DNA of 64,000 nt from Tubulanus polymorphus (lineage: Eukaryota > Animalia > Nemertea). This document shows positions 1 through 13,900 of this stretch, in pieces. How positions within the stretch are numbered: position 1 is the stretch's first letter; the number at the start of each line of letters is the position of its first letter. The stretch is from the NCBI RefSeq assembly GCF_964204645.1, contig NC_134031.1:19351910-19415909 (forward strand), written 5' to 3'. A program made the position numbers and the translations under genes. Below the pieces are notes generated by a model. That model had not been told where the DNA came from. It saw only the letters and a program-made list of their open reading frames with translations, and ran no database searches.

Positions 1-2827
1 CTTAGATACACTTAGATCCACCTACAAGTATTTTTGTACAGGTTAAGTTTTTTTAGATCGTTTAAATCTTTTTGGAATCAATCCAGAAATCTAATTCTAG
101 AAAGATTCTAGTTAAAGTGATGATAGGACCTGTTTGTTGTCGGCGTTATGAGATAGGATGCGCATCACAATCCATAGTGATGCTAGTTTTTGAAGAATTA
201 ATACGCTTCGAGTCGGATAAGGTGTTTATTCAACTGCATACGCTTTAACCTTGTAGAGATAATCTAGAATTGTGCGACCTTTGACGCATTTTCAACCGCG
301 TTCGTGATATATTTACACCACATTTAAACTGCGTAACCTCTGTAAGGGCAGTCATGTATAGGTCGGTAGGAGGATGTTGAATAAAATCAAGGCCAAACCC
401 CGCATCCCATATCAATCAGTCTGCCCATCAACCTTTCTTTATATATAAATAAGTAAATAAAATTAGTAGATGTCTAGATATGATATTATCAATTTATCGC
501 CATTTGCTTAACGTTTCCAAAATTTACGTGGTGACATTAACAAGAAAACGCCGACTCGACTCGAGAAATAGTGAATTAAACAGAATTGTAAACAGAAACG
601 TACACGACGCGAAAGTCATTTGAAATTGGACACGATCGCAACAAACAATCTGTGATAATCTATTTTTAGCAAATTGTGGGTGAAACGTCATACGTGAATT
701 CCATTTTTTGTTGATTGAATTGTCTTGTGAAAATCACGGCGCCGAAGCTCCCCATTTCACTGGAGATAGGAATAACCATCGTCCCCATTCACGCGGTATC
801 GCTCGATCCGTCTGGAGAGGAATTTCGGTCCACGTTTATTGTGTTTGTTTTGTGTGACTTGAAAAAGATCCATCGCCTTCAGATTTTCATGTGTAACAAA
901 TGAACGGTTACCGTCCATTTTCCCTAAAAAAAAATCTAAATGAGCATAGTTTATCACATATTGTTATATTAATGTAAACTCCTGAATAAGTCATCGAAAA
1001 CGTGAACACGATTCTGGATAACGTAGTTTTCTGTTTGACGTTGACCAGCGGTTGGAATGCTGGGTAAGCAGGTCATAGGTATTGGGTTTTACGAATTTCC
1101 TATTTGGGTAGATTTTGTTCAATACACGAAGTTCATTTTTTCATCGAAGTTCGGCTGGTTGTACTCTGAAGAAAACCAACTGTTGCTGCTATTTTGCATA
1201 GCATTTAATTCGTCGAATTAGTGTTAAGAGAATATTTGAAAGCCCGATTTCTATATGCTGTATACGAATCTCTATAGAAATGTCGTTAAGATTAGGTTGG
1301 AATACGTCCATAACAAGCAGGCACGATGCGCTGTCTGTGAAAGACTGTGAAATTGATTTCCAAATTAAGCAGACTATCAGACTTTGAGTTGCTAATAGCG
1401 CGACTCGTGGGACATCCAGTCGACTAGCTCTTGTCTGCTGTACACGTATACGCCACTTCTCATCCGTGATCGTGTGCCGATGAAAATTTCATGAGGCCGC
1501 TTCGTGATAAATGTCGCATTATATTAAAAAGGAGGCGTTCGACGAGTCTGGATCTGCTGGCAGACCCGACAATCGAGGGTAGCGTGGTTATGATGTAAAG
1601 GTCAGTATAAAAGGCACCCGGTATTTAGCAAAAAACGACGCCGCCGACGCTTCGTAGAATTAAGCGTATCATCGCCGGATCATTCTTGCCACCTACAACT
1701 CGTTGTTGGTGTCTGCGCGGTGACATTATTTCCATTAGATATCCAGGCATCTGACACCATGATCAAAGGCGTACAGCGGTAAAATTGCTGTCATTATTGA
1801 ACATCTGCCGATGTATGAGGTAAAAATATTCCGGAATACTTGGCCGGAGATTGCTGGAACACTGCGTGGGAGGCTCCGTCTCCATAATCAAGGTTTATTA
1901 TCGGTGCGAAAATATCAGAATGATAAATATCAATTAGTGCAATCCTGAACGCTAAACCCGAAGTGCAAGCCTGAACACTTAACTGCGTTGAAAGTTTTCA
2001 TAAGACCTACACACTACACCAAATATCATAGATTATTTTTAAGTTAAGATTTCATACCGGAAGTTCGCCGTTATTACGAATACATTCATCCCCGTAAGTT
2101 TCTATCAGGATCGAATCAGATGACAAAATATCATTCATGAAATGTGATTGCCTAACGTGGTCGTTATTGTCTATTACTTATCTGGAAAGATGATATGCGG
2201 CTTGTTATTACGAAATCGTTACCGGATATTACATATCGAGTGGGATGCCACGAAAATCAGAAATGGGCTATTGCGCTATAGCCAGAAATTCGAGATGAAT
2301 TGAAAATGAAAAACCTCTAGATGAGATTTTATTCATACAAATTTAAGAATTACAAGAAGTTTTTTTTTACAATCTCTCGCCGTCAGTCATTTGGATGTAG
2401 CAAGTTCTGAACAATGGGGTCTGTGGCGAAGTAAATGAAATCATCAAAGTTGTGCTATATTTCGAGACGGACGGAAGAGACGATCGATAGCGACGTTCAA
2501 TCGACTAATGCTCCATCTACCGTCATTCACCAGAAAAAAATCAATCTTTACAGGCGTTCAAGAAATGTGACCATCGTTTCTGTATTCGGAAAAGTTGACG
2601 ACTTTTGACAAACGAAGATGGTTTGGCGCTGTCTGATTCGCTGGCGAAGTCCTGGTTAATGAGTCCACTGATTCGCGTTTTTTGTCATCACTGTATCTTA
2701 ATTTTTAGTGTTCTGGAATCCATGTAACTAGACTATGTAGAGAGACTCGCACGGCTGTTTAAGGCCCGAGCCACGATACGGCTACTACATTTTTGGCATC
2801 TAGTATGGTTGCTGATTAGGGCCATAC

Positions 2828-3125
2828 TAATAATAATAATAATAATAATAAACACGAATTTGTAAAGCGCCTCTTTCCATGTCCCTGTGTACAAAGTTCA
2901 GCTGCGCTGTCAAACCTGATTATTATTACCCAGCTACTGTTACCATTCCATAGCAGTCTTACTCTCCCTGGGGAGATACAACACCGATCAGCAAATCACG
3001 ATCAGGCGTCGTCAGCCCGTAGCAAGTGTGAATTAATACCTTGCCTAAGGACACTACAGCATAGCCGTGTTCGAACACTGGACATCTCGATTGAGAAGCC
3101 AACGCCTTAACCACTCCACTCTACT
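2828..3125 (-). mobile_element. tRNA-derived SINE with (TTA)n tail
   Basis: The minus strand reads an A-box-like GTGGAGTGGTTAAGGCG, a B-box-like GTTCGAACAC, a central GTGTCCTTAGGCAAGG block typical of metazoan SINE cores, a LINE-like 3' end (GGCGCTTTACAAAT) and a (TTA)n tail at 2828-2851. Confidence 0.75.
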
Positions 3126-3883
3126 AAAACATTTTTCTGTGAGTCTAGAGGCACGATATGAAATATTTCGCCCGAGAAAACCAAAATGTATTGTTTTCTC
3201 GTACCTCTGGCAGTATGGAAGATTTTTAGTATGACCCGAATCGGCCACCATTTTAGGCCCGAGCCCTATAGTACAATTCAACTTCTTTTTCGTACTGGAC
3301 AAAGCCGAATATCTACAGGTTTACATTCATCAGAGACTTGAATTCATCATGTCATCGCTATTACACAAAACATTCTCTCGGCTCCTCTGACTGTTTGACG
3401 ATAGCGGATTCTTCGTAAAGGAACTATTCATTTATAAACGAACTAAATGTTGCCGTATGACGTACGATATCTATTTCATAATATTTGCCTAAGCGGAAAT
3501 ATATATGACCAATTATCTATATGAGTAGTTAGTATTTTACTTCCGCCATTATATGAATGAGTAAACAAACTAATTGATAAATGTTGCGGAATTAATTAAT
3601 TGCTGTTGTGGTCATATATTGAGTAAAGTATATCGAAGAATCAAAAATCCTTAGGTAGGCGGTTATTTTACAATAGGCATCGCGCGGTTGTTACAGATCA
3701 ATTTGCGAAACAACACTGAAATAATATCCGGATATGGTGTAATTTGTTTGTAAGGTCTAATTACTTACACAAGTCTATAAATTGTGTGTCCACACGACGC
3801 GAATGTATTAACATATGTGTAATCGGTAAAATTAACCATATTTGTTTCATGCCTGTAACAGAAAATAATTGTTTGTAGCGCTG

Positions 3884-3893
3884 GGGAAATTCC
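3884..3893 (+). promoter_or_regulatory. Candidate NF-kB site GGGAAATTCC about 1 kb upstream of the C3 start codon
   Basis: Exact match to GGGRNNYYCC upstream of an immune gene. It is a single 10-mer, so function is unproven. Confidence 0.3.
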
Positions 3894-4929
3894 GGTGCGT
3901 CATAAACAAATTGCTCACGGGTTTCTCGCTGCGTTGATGGTGAAATTGAGGGTAGAATTTCGCCAAGCTGAGTCAAAATCTGTAATGGAACTCGCCCGGA
4001 CTTGCTCCTTGAGTATATAATAAACATATTCCCATCTCTCGTGAGGCATAACTCGAAGAGTAACGCCTGTAGAAGGAGAAGCGAATATAAGCATATAGTA
4101 AGGTAAAATAACTTTAACGTACAAATACACGCTTCAGTAGAAGTTTTACTTGAATGATTTATCAAAATTTGACAAATTATTACTGCATTAATTGTATTTG
4201 ATAGTTATCTTCCACGCCGACTCATATATATATATATATATACAATCTTTTTACTTCTTAACAAGATGTAAACGTGTATAGCCCAGTAGCATATTCGTAA
4301 GCCGGTGTATTTATGAGAGTTCTGCTACGCTTTAAAAAGCGATATGTGATGCAATATATGATGTTTCGTGTAAAAGCATCCACGATTAGACTTGCACTTC
4401 TAGTTACCTCATCGATTGAAGCTGTACTCGTTGGAGAAAGAGAGACGGCGAAATTTCTAGATAAAATGAATACCTTCAGAATGGGGTATTCTAGATCGAA
4501 ACTTCGTATCACGGCGGCGCTACGCGTTCTGTACTACTCGATTTTATCGTCGAAAGTCTTTAACCCGATTTCTAAGAACTAATAATTCTTATCGGTATAT
4601 TTGATAAGGCTAATACTATCATGGCAATTGGACAGTCAATGCGTCGCTCTGTATTTCTATATAGTTGAGTTCATTGTGGGCAGCAGAATTCATCCACAAC
4701 ACGTTGTCTATATCTTGTTATTATTTTAGCCGATGAGTACACGGCCCCGGTCGTTATTTGCAACCATAAAACGGATTATCGACAAGAAGATAATTGGATT
4801 ACGTCTCCGACTGCGTTGTTAATTCAGAATCAGTCGTTGTGGTTGGAAGGAGAGCGCAGATAGGGATCGAGCGAGCTGCAGTGTTACATCGTTGATCGTA
4901 CACCCGCTGTCGGTCTAGCTGCGATCATA

Positions 4930-7900
4930 ATGACGAAGGTTCTGCCGGACATTTGTTTCGTCAGTTTACGAACTGTTGCGAAAATATGGATTATCCTCAC
5001 ATTCCTAAACAGCTTAGTTTCTGCAAGGTACGTATCGAAAATATTACGAATGAATAACCATTTGCGCGGTCATTTTGTTCAAATTCATCGATCGCTTTGG
5101 GACTTGACTCAGTAACCGGACTATGATTGAGTCCAATGTAGCTAGAAGCTAGATATAATCGCAGTCAACACCGCGGTGTTTTTGTTAAAAACCTAGTCAA
5201 AAAGTCAGTGCTGGTATTAAGATAACCAAAACGAACCCACATATTTCAGATCATAAAAACTTATACCTCGGGGTCAAAGTACCAACGTATTTCTATACAT
5301 ACAGCCCTAGACACTTTTACTCTGGCAAGAACCATTCATCTCATGATTGAATCTGCAAATCAAACTTTTAATGTATAAGCAAACTTTAAGGAACGTCGTG
5401 GCTAGCAATAGTTCGCTAGTGTGTGGCGTGGTACCAGTGTGATGGGCGCAAACTGTTCACAGAATACGAATACACCACGAGTGAAACTCGGTTTTGTAAG
5501 CCACCATACGTATACATAGTACGAAACGATGTTCTATTGCATCAACAAGTGGTATAGGTTTCTGTCTTCTCGGTAAAATAACGATCCCCCGAGGGGTTTA
5601 AATACGATTCTATAAAGTGTTTCTCTGATCACTTCTACAGTTTCCGATACAACGCGAAAAACGTCGCGATTTCTTTCGCCCGAAGTGTTCCTATTTATCG
5701 TTCGCTACATTTTATCGCGGTTGTGTAATTCATCATTTTGTGCTATGTTGAATATCATCGTCTCTTTTAAGTTTTTATCATGTAGTTTATTTGTATATGT
5801 AACACTGCGTATACATACACGCAGAAATAGATATAAAACGAATCTAAATCGAGCAATTTTGACACTATAATTACTTATGATCGATTTCGTGGAATATAAG
5901 TCCACGAGATGACAGCTAGCATTCATCCCCACTTTCTCTGCGAGAAATAAAAACTTGTTATATATTTTTCATATCAAAATGAATTGGAAACTATGTGTAG
6001 TAATATATACGAGGTCCACACAAATGCATAATATCAACTTGCTGCCTAGAACCATCCCTTCCGACATTCGAAGCATAATCGCCATCCTTCCAATGTTTGA
6101 CCATTATATCATGTCTACGTTCAGTTCAGTACAGTTGGTAATTGTCTCTTGAACACGAACACCAGGTATTAGACATTTTATCGGCATATTGATTCAAAGC
6201 GATCGTCCTGGTTTAAGACGGAAGGATGTCCAATCGCAGTACGGTGTTCGAAGCTACATATTGGTACCCGCAGAAGTTTGGTGTCTCGCAGTTCTTGGGC
6301 ATCAAAAAATGAATAATTCATCATTCCAGACGTAAAATAAGCAGATGTTTCTGCGAATAGATTGAAAAGAATCTTTTTCTTTTTCTTTCTCCGGCGCGTC
6401 TGCGCTCGATTTTCCGCACGAAAACAAACTTTATTTTGCCCTCAGTTTTAGTTTATTTTTTTCGCCCGCCACCATTTTTCTCGGCGCTTTTCCGAAACTT
6501 ACCGACATGTTACCGAATTCAATTTCTTCATTCAGTGGATGGAAATATTTGAACTCTTGCGTCCCTTTTAATACGAAAGTCAAATACTTCGTGAACAAAG
6601 CATATCTGACATTTTATTATCGCACGAAAGAATTTGTTCCAATTATAACGAGCAAGTTTGGTTGGCCAGCGTCCAGGCCAGCAGTAAAATCAACATGATA
6701 TTACGGATAGATTTTGTCCATCGTGCGGTATCAATTCTTACCGATCAGTTTATTGAATAGTGAAATATGAAGTGTTTGTTTAGGTCTTGTTTCCATTCCT
6801 CAGTAGTTGATAACTATCGGATAATATTGTTTGTTATGTGTATTATAGGTTTTATCAATTCGGCCAAATATATACGCATTTCCTTCTTGTAACGTTTATT
6901 TCAATATCTTCAAGTGCCATTATAAACAAAGCAGTGATTACGGGCAATAAAGGCATAAAAATACGTCCGGTCTGTCGTCACAATGCTTTCAGCCAGCGTC
7001 TTCGTAGTTTCACGAAAAGCTTGTTACTTTTTCTTTACAAAATATACGTATCAAATATCTGGAATCAGCTGCAATGAAAAACAGAAATATTCGTTAAGAA
7101 GTTAGGAAACTTTATGGTGCAAAGTCTGCATTTGTATATAAGATATACGCATTTCTAAGTATCGCCACAATCATCCGTCATTTCTCATTCTCTATGAATT
7201 TCTACAGTTTTTAGTCACGAGCGCGAGTTTTCTCGGAAGCCATATTTTATATTCATAGCCCTGTAACTGTATATACCAATGTACGGCTTATTTTTCCGAA
7301 CGTAAGAACCTTCTATTTCGATCAAGACGCGCGCGGCAGGAGAGACTTGTAATTGAGTAAGTTACCGATCAATTAATGCGATGACCGACGATTGACATTT
7401 ACATCAAAGCGGATTACATGTAACTCTCTCTATCGCCATTGCTGACGAAAAATTCATGTTCCGAGACACCATATATCACATGTCGGTCATTCGGGGCAAG
7501 AATGTCAGACAAATTTGTTTTATTCTGACTGTAAAAAACCGTCTCGCAATGAACAATTAATCAGATATTCTTGAAAATTTCTTATAGGAGAAAAAAAAAG
7601 TTTCTGTTTATGAATATTTTAAGATGTACTATTCGTTCTGGACGCGGCTGTTAAAACTGAACTGTAAAACTAGTCCCCAGTGGCGATACACAGAGAATTA
7701 TGAATTATTTATGGGAAACGCAATGCATTTTCACGAAATAAGCCTATTGTAGCAGAATTTCGCCATCAAGAACAAGACGCCAAGACAATACGTTCAAAAA
7801 GTCCTAATTCATCTATGCATATCGTTCCATTTCGAATGTTATCGAAAAAATGACATTATGACATTTGAATATATATTCCTACTTAACTACAAATGCGTGA

Positions 7901-10900
7901 TATACTCTATATCTTGACGCGTTAATCTTTCTATTCGTATTCTTACCACGTTTTAACTGCAACTTGTTCTTTGTATGGATTTTCTATAAATCTACTACCG
8001 TGCTCCACCCTCCCCGCATCCTGTCATCAAAAGCTCTGCCATTTCACGCCTAGATGATGATTACATATGCTCAGGGATAATGTTTCAAGAAGCATCGCGG
8101 GTATTTTTTATTTCACGCCGTAAAAACCGTTACAAATATGTTTTCATATATTGATAACTACTATACGCGTGTGAGTCGATGTGTACTACGTCATCAATAT
8201 TGGCGTATCAAAATAACAATTACGATTTTAGAAATTCGCTTTTATTTCGTAATTGATTCAACAATTGATTAAAATTCATGACTCTTACTTTCTATTTGAT
8301 GAATTTTTATGCATACTATTGCGCGAGTGGATGTGCACTGCGTCATCAATATTGGGTTAGACTGGTTGCCGGTCAATTGGCAACGAAGCGCCGCTTGGAG
8401 AGACGATATTGAGATTTTTGAATTCACAGTCTAAATCTGGTTCGTGGAAACCGCATATCAAGTTCCTCTTAAAAGATAGATGATTTGGAATCTCGTCTCA
8501 AGTTTTATGAAGCGACTAAAAGGCGCTGATGACACAGATGCATAATTATCCCTAAACGAAGACTACTTTGCATATTCGATACTTTATTGGATCAGATTAT
8601 CGTTTGAAATTCTGAATTCATTCATTTTACGATTGCAAGACGAGTTAGTCGAAATATCAAAAGATTAAGAGAAAAAGACCATGCGCTTACGTATCATCGG
8701 CCACATAATTTTGGAAATCTCAATTCGGACGCGATTCTTGCGCAACATTTCATGTCAGTCAAGTCATGGGCTCTTCGTTTTAGATTTTATGGCTAAATGA
8801 ATAAAAACTGCACTTATGAATCATTTGAAAAATGACCTGATTGATGTAATGTGTAAGCTACTGCGGTATAACGACGCGCTGTGAATGCAATTTTAAATTT
8901 TAGTATTATATCTCATCGCATCGATCGAAATCGACAAAATCCATTTAAAATAAAAGATTCAGTCTCTGATGGCAGCTGATTGACTTAATTTAATTTACTA
9001 AAACATAAGTCAATCGATAAATGCTTCTAAATGTCATTCTTCATCAAACGAATCGACGGCATATTTGCCCCAGGGCGTCGCCAGCTAAATGCCGTACATG
9101 ACATAGGCATAACCTTGACATTCAAGGAGCATAGTTTTACCGAGATTAATTAGAAAGGAGAAAGGTTGAGAACAGTGCCGAGCGGAAAGTACTGTTCGAC
9201 GCTAGCGTCTCTCTGGATCAAGTCAACATTTCATGGCTTTCATCACCTATTTTGCACAGTTCGTGTTTGAGACTTCATACCATAAAATAAACTAATTTTT
9301 ATCCTAGAGTCAAACTTAACTGTGAACCTGTTGAACTTGGTGCAGGTCAATTTCCTGGACGGTCAAATACAATTTCATTCTATAAAACAGTCTATGTTTT
9401 ACTAACTCATAAAGCTCAACGCATACGACGCCAGAGATACGATGAAATACAGAAGAATCAAACAGGTTGTTCCCTGAAACCATGGACGTATAAACTAGAA
9501 CGTCCATGCTGAAACTAATCTTCTCATAATAAGCGTTTATTACGACATAAAGAAACGCCCAAAACATGTTTCTGTTTCTCCGGTTTCCGTGTTTCCCCGC
9601 GTAGGGCTTTACTCTGTCCAGGGGTGTGACGTTCTCCCGTTGGTTAAGCCGCTCGACGATGATCAATCATCATGCAATTATCGAAGCATTGATACTCGCT
9701 CATCAAGCGTTCATCATTATCACCACCACCCGCCGGGTCGTTAAAAAAATAACAAGGCGACTGAAGTAAATCAGTCTCAATAGAATCCCGTCTGACATAG
9801 CCGATAAACATGGTGATATCTGATACCATCAGTAATCAGATTTTTCCAAGATATGCTCATATTAGGCCCATATTCATAAGTATCACAACCCACCCACAAT
9901 TCAAACATTGATTTTTCATTTCGAGAAATAGCTAGGTATACATTTTATATTTTGAAAAATTAAATCTATATGCTTCCCGATCTATAGCTGGTTCAATTTG
10001 AAACACTTAACACATTATCTGGTGCAGGAAAATGAAACCGAAAATACGAGCACAGAATTAACCTTCGTTTCTGTCGAAAAAAATGCCGAACATTAAATAA
10101 AGACGTCAGACTCTGGTGGCGTTTAACTATGTATTAGATCACAGACGCCGACTTCCGGCAGAATTCCGCCATGTTTGTTTTTATGTATCTTTTTTTAATG
10201 AAGATATCTTCATCTTCGCCCGTTCGGCGGCGGCGGCTGTTGCGTCAATTATTCACATGTCTAGAAGGTAACGCGGGGTATATATATATATATTATATTA
10301 CCCGTTATATCGGTATTTAACTAGAAACAATAATTAACCACCGATGTTTATAAACGTTGATACGACGATTACGTCACTGGATGTTGTACTTCTGTTATTG
10401 CACCAATTTCAGGATGAATTAGACCTACCTGCGTGCAACCTTCGTAACTAGTAATGATTATATACGAACTTGATATCTTTTTTTTTCTGGTGACATTTAA
10501 TCCCGTTCGCTTAGGATCTGGTAGCAATTGGCCTTCGAGTCACGATTATCCGTTGACTATGCTAAGTGATTTACAATGTAACGTAAGATCTATATTGTAC
10601 ATACAGTAGTTTGCACCGTCTGCAGCTGACACCGTTATCCATTTGTCTCAACGCTGGGCGATATTTGCTTCCGTCTGAACCCCGGAGGAGGGAGGGGCCG
10701 CGTACATACGTGTTCAAAGCTCACCGACATAGCCCTTATAGAAATAAAATCTCATTTGATATAGATCTACTTCAGTTTATTAGGACTTACACCTAGATAT
10801 ATCTCAAACCAACTTCTGCCAATCTTTGTTTCACATAAGACTCATCAAAATTAATCCGAATGTTGATTTGCTTTTCGACCTTTCGGTACTTTTTAGCGTG

Positions 10901-13900
10901 AATTAAGAAAATAATCCAATAAAAGACATTTCTGATGATTAGCGTGTATCTCTCTCTTGGAAAGATTGTATCTTATATTTTTGCAATTTGGTCTTTAAGT
11001 CGTCGTACTTACGTATATGAGCTTCGGGGAGTTGAGTAGATGTGATGACTGTGAGTGATGGCACCACAGTAATCTAGGCATCTCGCGATCGCTGGTTTCT
11101 GATATGAGACATCCAGTCTGAAATCTTATCAGATAAATAGTGAAACAAGTGCAATAAATGTTTCGAGGAACCCGCGGATTAGACTGCTATCTAGCGTTAC
11201 ATGTCAAAGTAATTGACAAGTACGTATGTAGAATTTCGATGATTTATTTTTCTGAAGTAAAGTCTTATCCGTCATCGAATTATCGATTTCTTCGTATGAT
11301 CAATCAAATCACGAGGCAATGAACAAACTCACGAAATGAACTAACATTTTTCGGAAATATTTTTTTGTTTTTGTTGTACAGACTCCAGGGTAGCAATTAG
11401 CTTAGCGATCAACTGGTTTCCAGGGTAGTAGCTATTTGCTTGGTGTGATAGTCTCAACGTCAGACGATTTCCCGTCGCATTTTCGTCTCTTAAAAATCGA
11501 CGTGTCTGATGACGGAAATAGACGGTATCCGGCTTCCCGAACGACACCCACCCTTCCGGTTCGCCATTTATTCATCTTTTATCGTTAATTTGGCAAAAAA
11601 ATGGTAGAAAGATACAAATAGATACAAAGAACATCATATACATAAGATAATTACTTTACTAACGTGACATGTATCGGTCACCTTCTATGGAAAAAACAGA
11701 GCTTTATTAGAACACATGAATTTTACATGACAGGTTACTACAGTGTCGCACTTACCTTACAAATAGAATTGGTTTCCGTTTTTCAAAAATTTGCAAATTG
11801 TCGAGAATATTAATTTGTCATCACCAGGGATAATACGGATATAGGAACAAACTTGATCAAAAAATGTAAAGAAAAACATGAATATTACCAATTACATTGA
11901 CCAATATATACACTGCATATGATTACACGATCACATGCTAAACGTAGTTAATGTTTTTCGCATCATATATTATTAAATCAAGGAAACTACAATGATAAAT
12001 CATTCCATTAATTCTAATCGATATGTTTTCCTTATTGCAGACGACCATTATTTTTTATAACCGCGCCCAGTGTGATGCGCTATGACGTCGAAGAAACTGT
12101 GGTCGTCAGTTGGTACCACGAAAATCACCAGCCAATCAGATTGCAGATATTCATGCAAGATTATCCTCAAAGGAAGAACTCGTTTAACCATGTATTGCTC
12201 GACGTTCCTTCAAGTAGGTTTAAAGCTTTTTTTATCGATGTATGTTAGATTCTGACAAATCCTAATCCTACACTGAGAATGAAAAGTCAAGACCAAAGTA
12301 TTTCCTTTAGCTATTAGTTTATTTCAATATTTCGACGATTGCCATTATGGTTATAACTCATTTTAGCCATCACTTAGAATATGAGGTACATAATGTTGTG
12401 GTATTCCTGAAGATGAATATTAAGATAATAGTTGAAACGTTGAAAACGAGTACTAGCTAAAGAAAATATTTCGCACGTTATTTTTCACTTTCGCTGCGGG
12501 ATTTGATATCGCCGCTACAGCACGGGTTCAGAGTGTTTCATCAGCGGATATCAAAAGACGTTTTAAGCGATTTCCGATGCACGTTACTTTTTGGTGCGGC
12601 GAACTTTCTTCTTCTCCAGCGCGCTCGCGGAAGAACCTCTGAATTCTCCGATTTCTGTCGGAAAACCAATTGTTTATTAGACGCATAAATCTTGGTTTGA
12701 TTACTGAACAGTATACCGTTTAGACACAGTTGTTTATTGCAATTTTTACACTCTATTAGCTAACCGCATTTAACCGTATACCACCCGCGAGTAACATTCT
12801 CTACTGACGCAAAAACATCACCGAGTTCCCCGGGTTCAATATTCTCCTTTACATTTCATTTTGTGATCCCGGTACAAAGGTGGGCGTAATGAACAAGGAA
12901 TATATGGTTCATTTCTGATATTTTGATTGAATATCGACTGTCAGAATGTCTTATTTTCCTAACTCACCAAAAAGGCACTTTTGTTTGGGGAGGGGCATTG
13001 GCACGCCCTCAACCCAGACACAGAATTCATCGGGTTTTTTGGAGCGCTTGGAAATTTACGAAAACAAAGTTTTCGAAGTCGATTTGAATTGTTTTGCCTT
13101 CTTCAAGAAGTGCATCTCAGATTTGTTTTGGGCCGACAAGGCAGCCTAAATCCACGTCTCCCTGTTATGACGGATATCAGACGGAGAGATTCTAGTCTGA
13201 ATCCCGGTTACAGACGTTCGTTTGGAAAAATCCGGTTAATGAACTTCGTAGTCGACCACGCTTTATCGGCGCGATCTAATTACACCGTATCAAACATTAT
13301 CGGTAAGAATTGAAGAAAAATAACTCAGCGGCTGAGATGATAAAAAGGTCCCGAGGTACAGTTCGCATCTTCATACACCCGCAACGAATACCGAGGTGAT
13401 GTGCGTGTATGTGTGTGGTCAAAATATCCTGCAACACTCCTTAAACCACTTGTGAGTACAGTAATAACCACATCTAACCGAATACACGTTAGCCGCATTT
13501 AGTCGGCAACATGTTAGCTAATCACTGAGTCGAGACGTCTCATCTGTTTTAATACGTTCCAGGGGCCGAAAGTTCACGAGGGGAATCGATGCTTGTAGTT
13601 GGTCTTGTTCCGATAACCGATTTACGAGATGCGTCGAACTATACGCGTTCAGACCGCGTCGTGTTGAACGAACGATTGATTACGACGACGCGCAGATACA
13701 AACAGATAATTAGTCGGCTGAATCTTCGACGGAACTCTGTGTTCCGAGCGATTCTATACTTCAAACACTCGAATGTTACGACTGATATCAAAAGAAAACA
13801 TTTATTCAAAACTAGTACCGTAAGTTCGTGTGTCTCGAATGCGGAAATAGCGCAACAGACAGCGCGAGTGTATAGGTGGTCATAAGTAGAAAAAAATTGG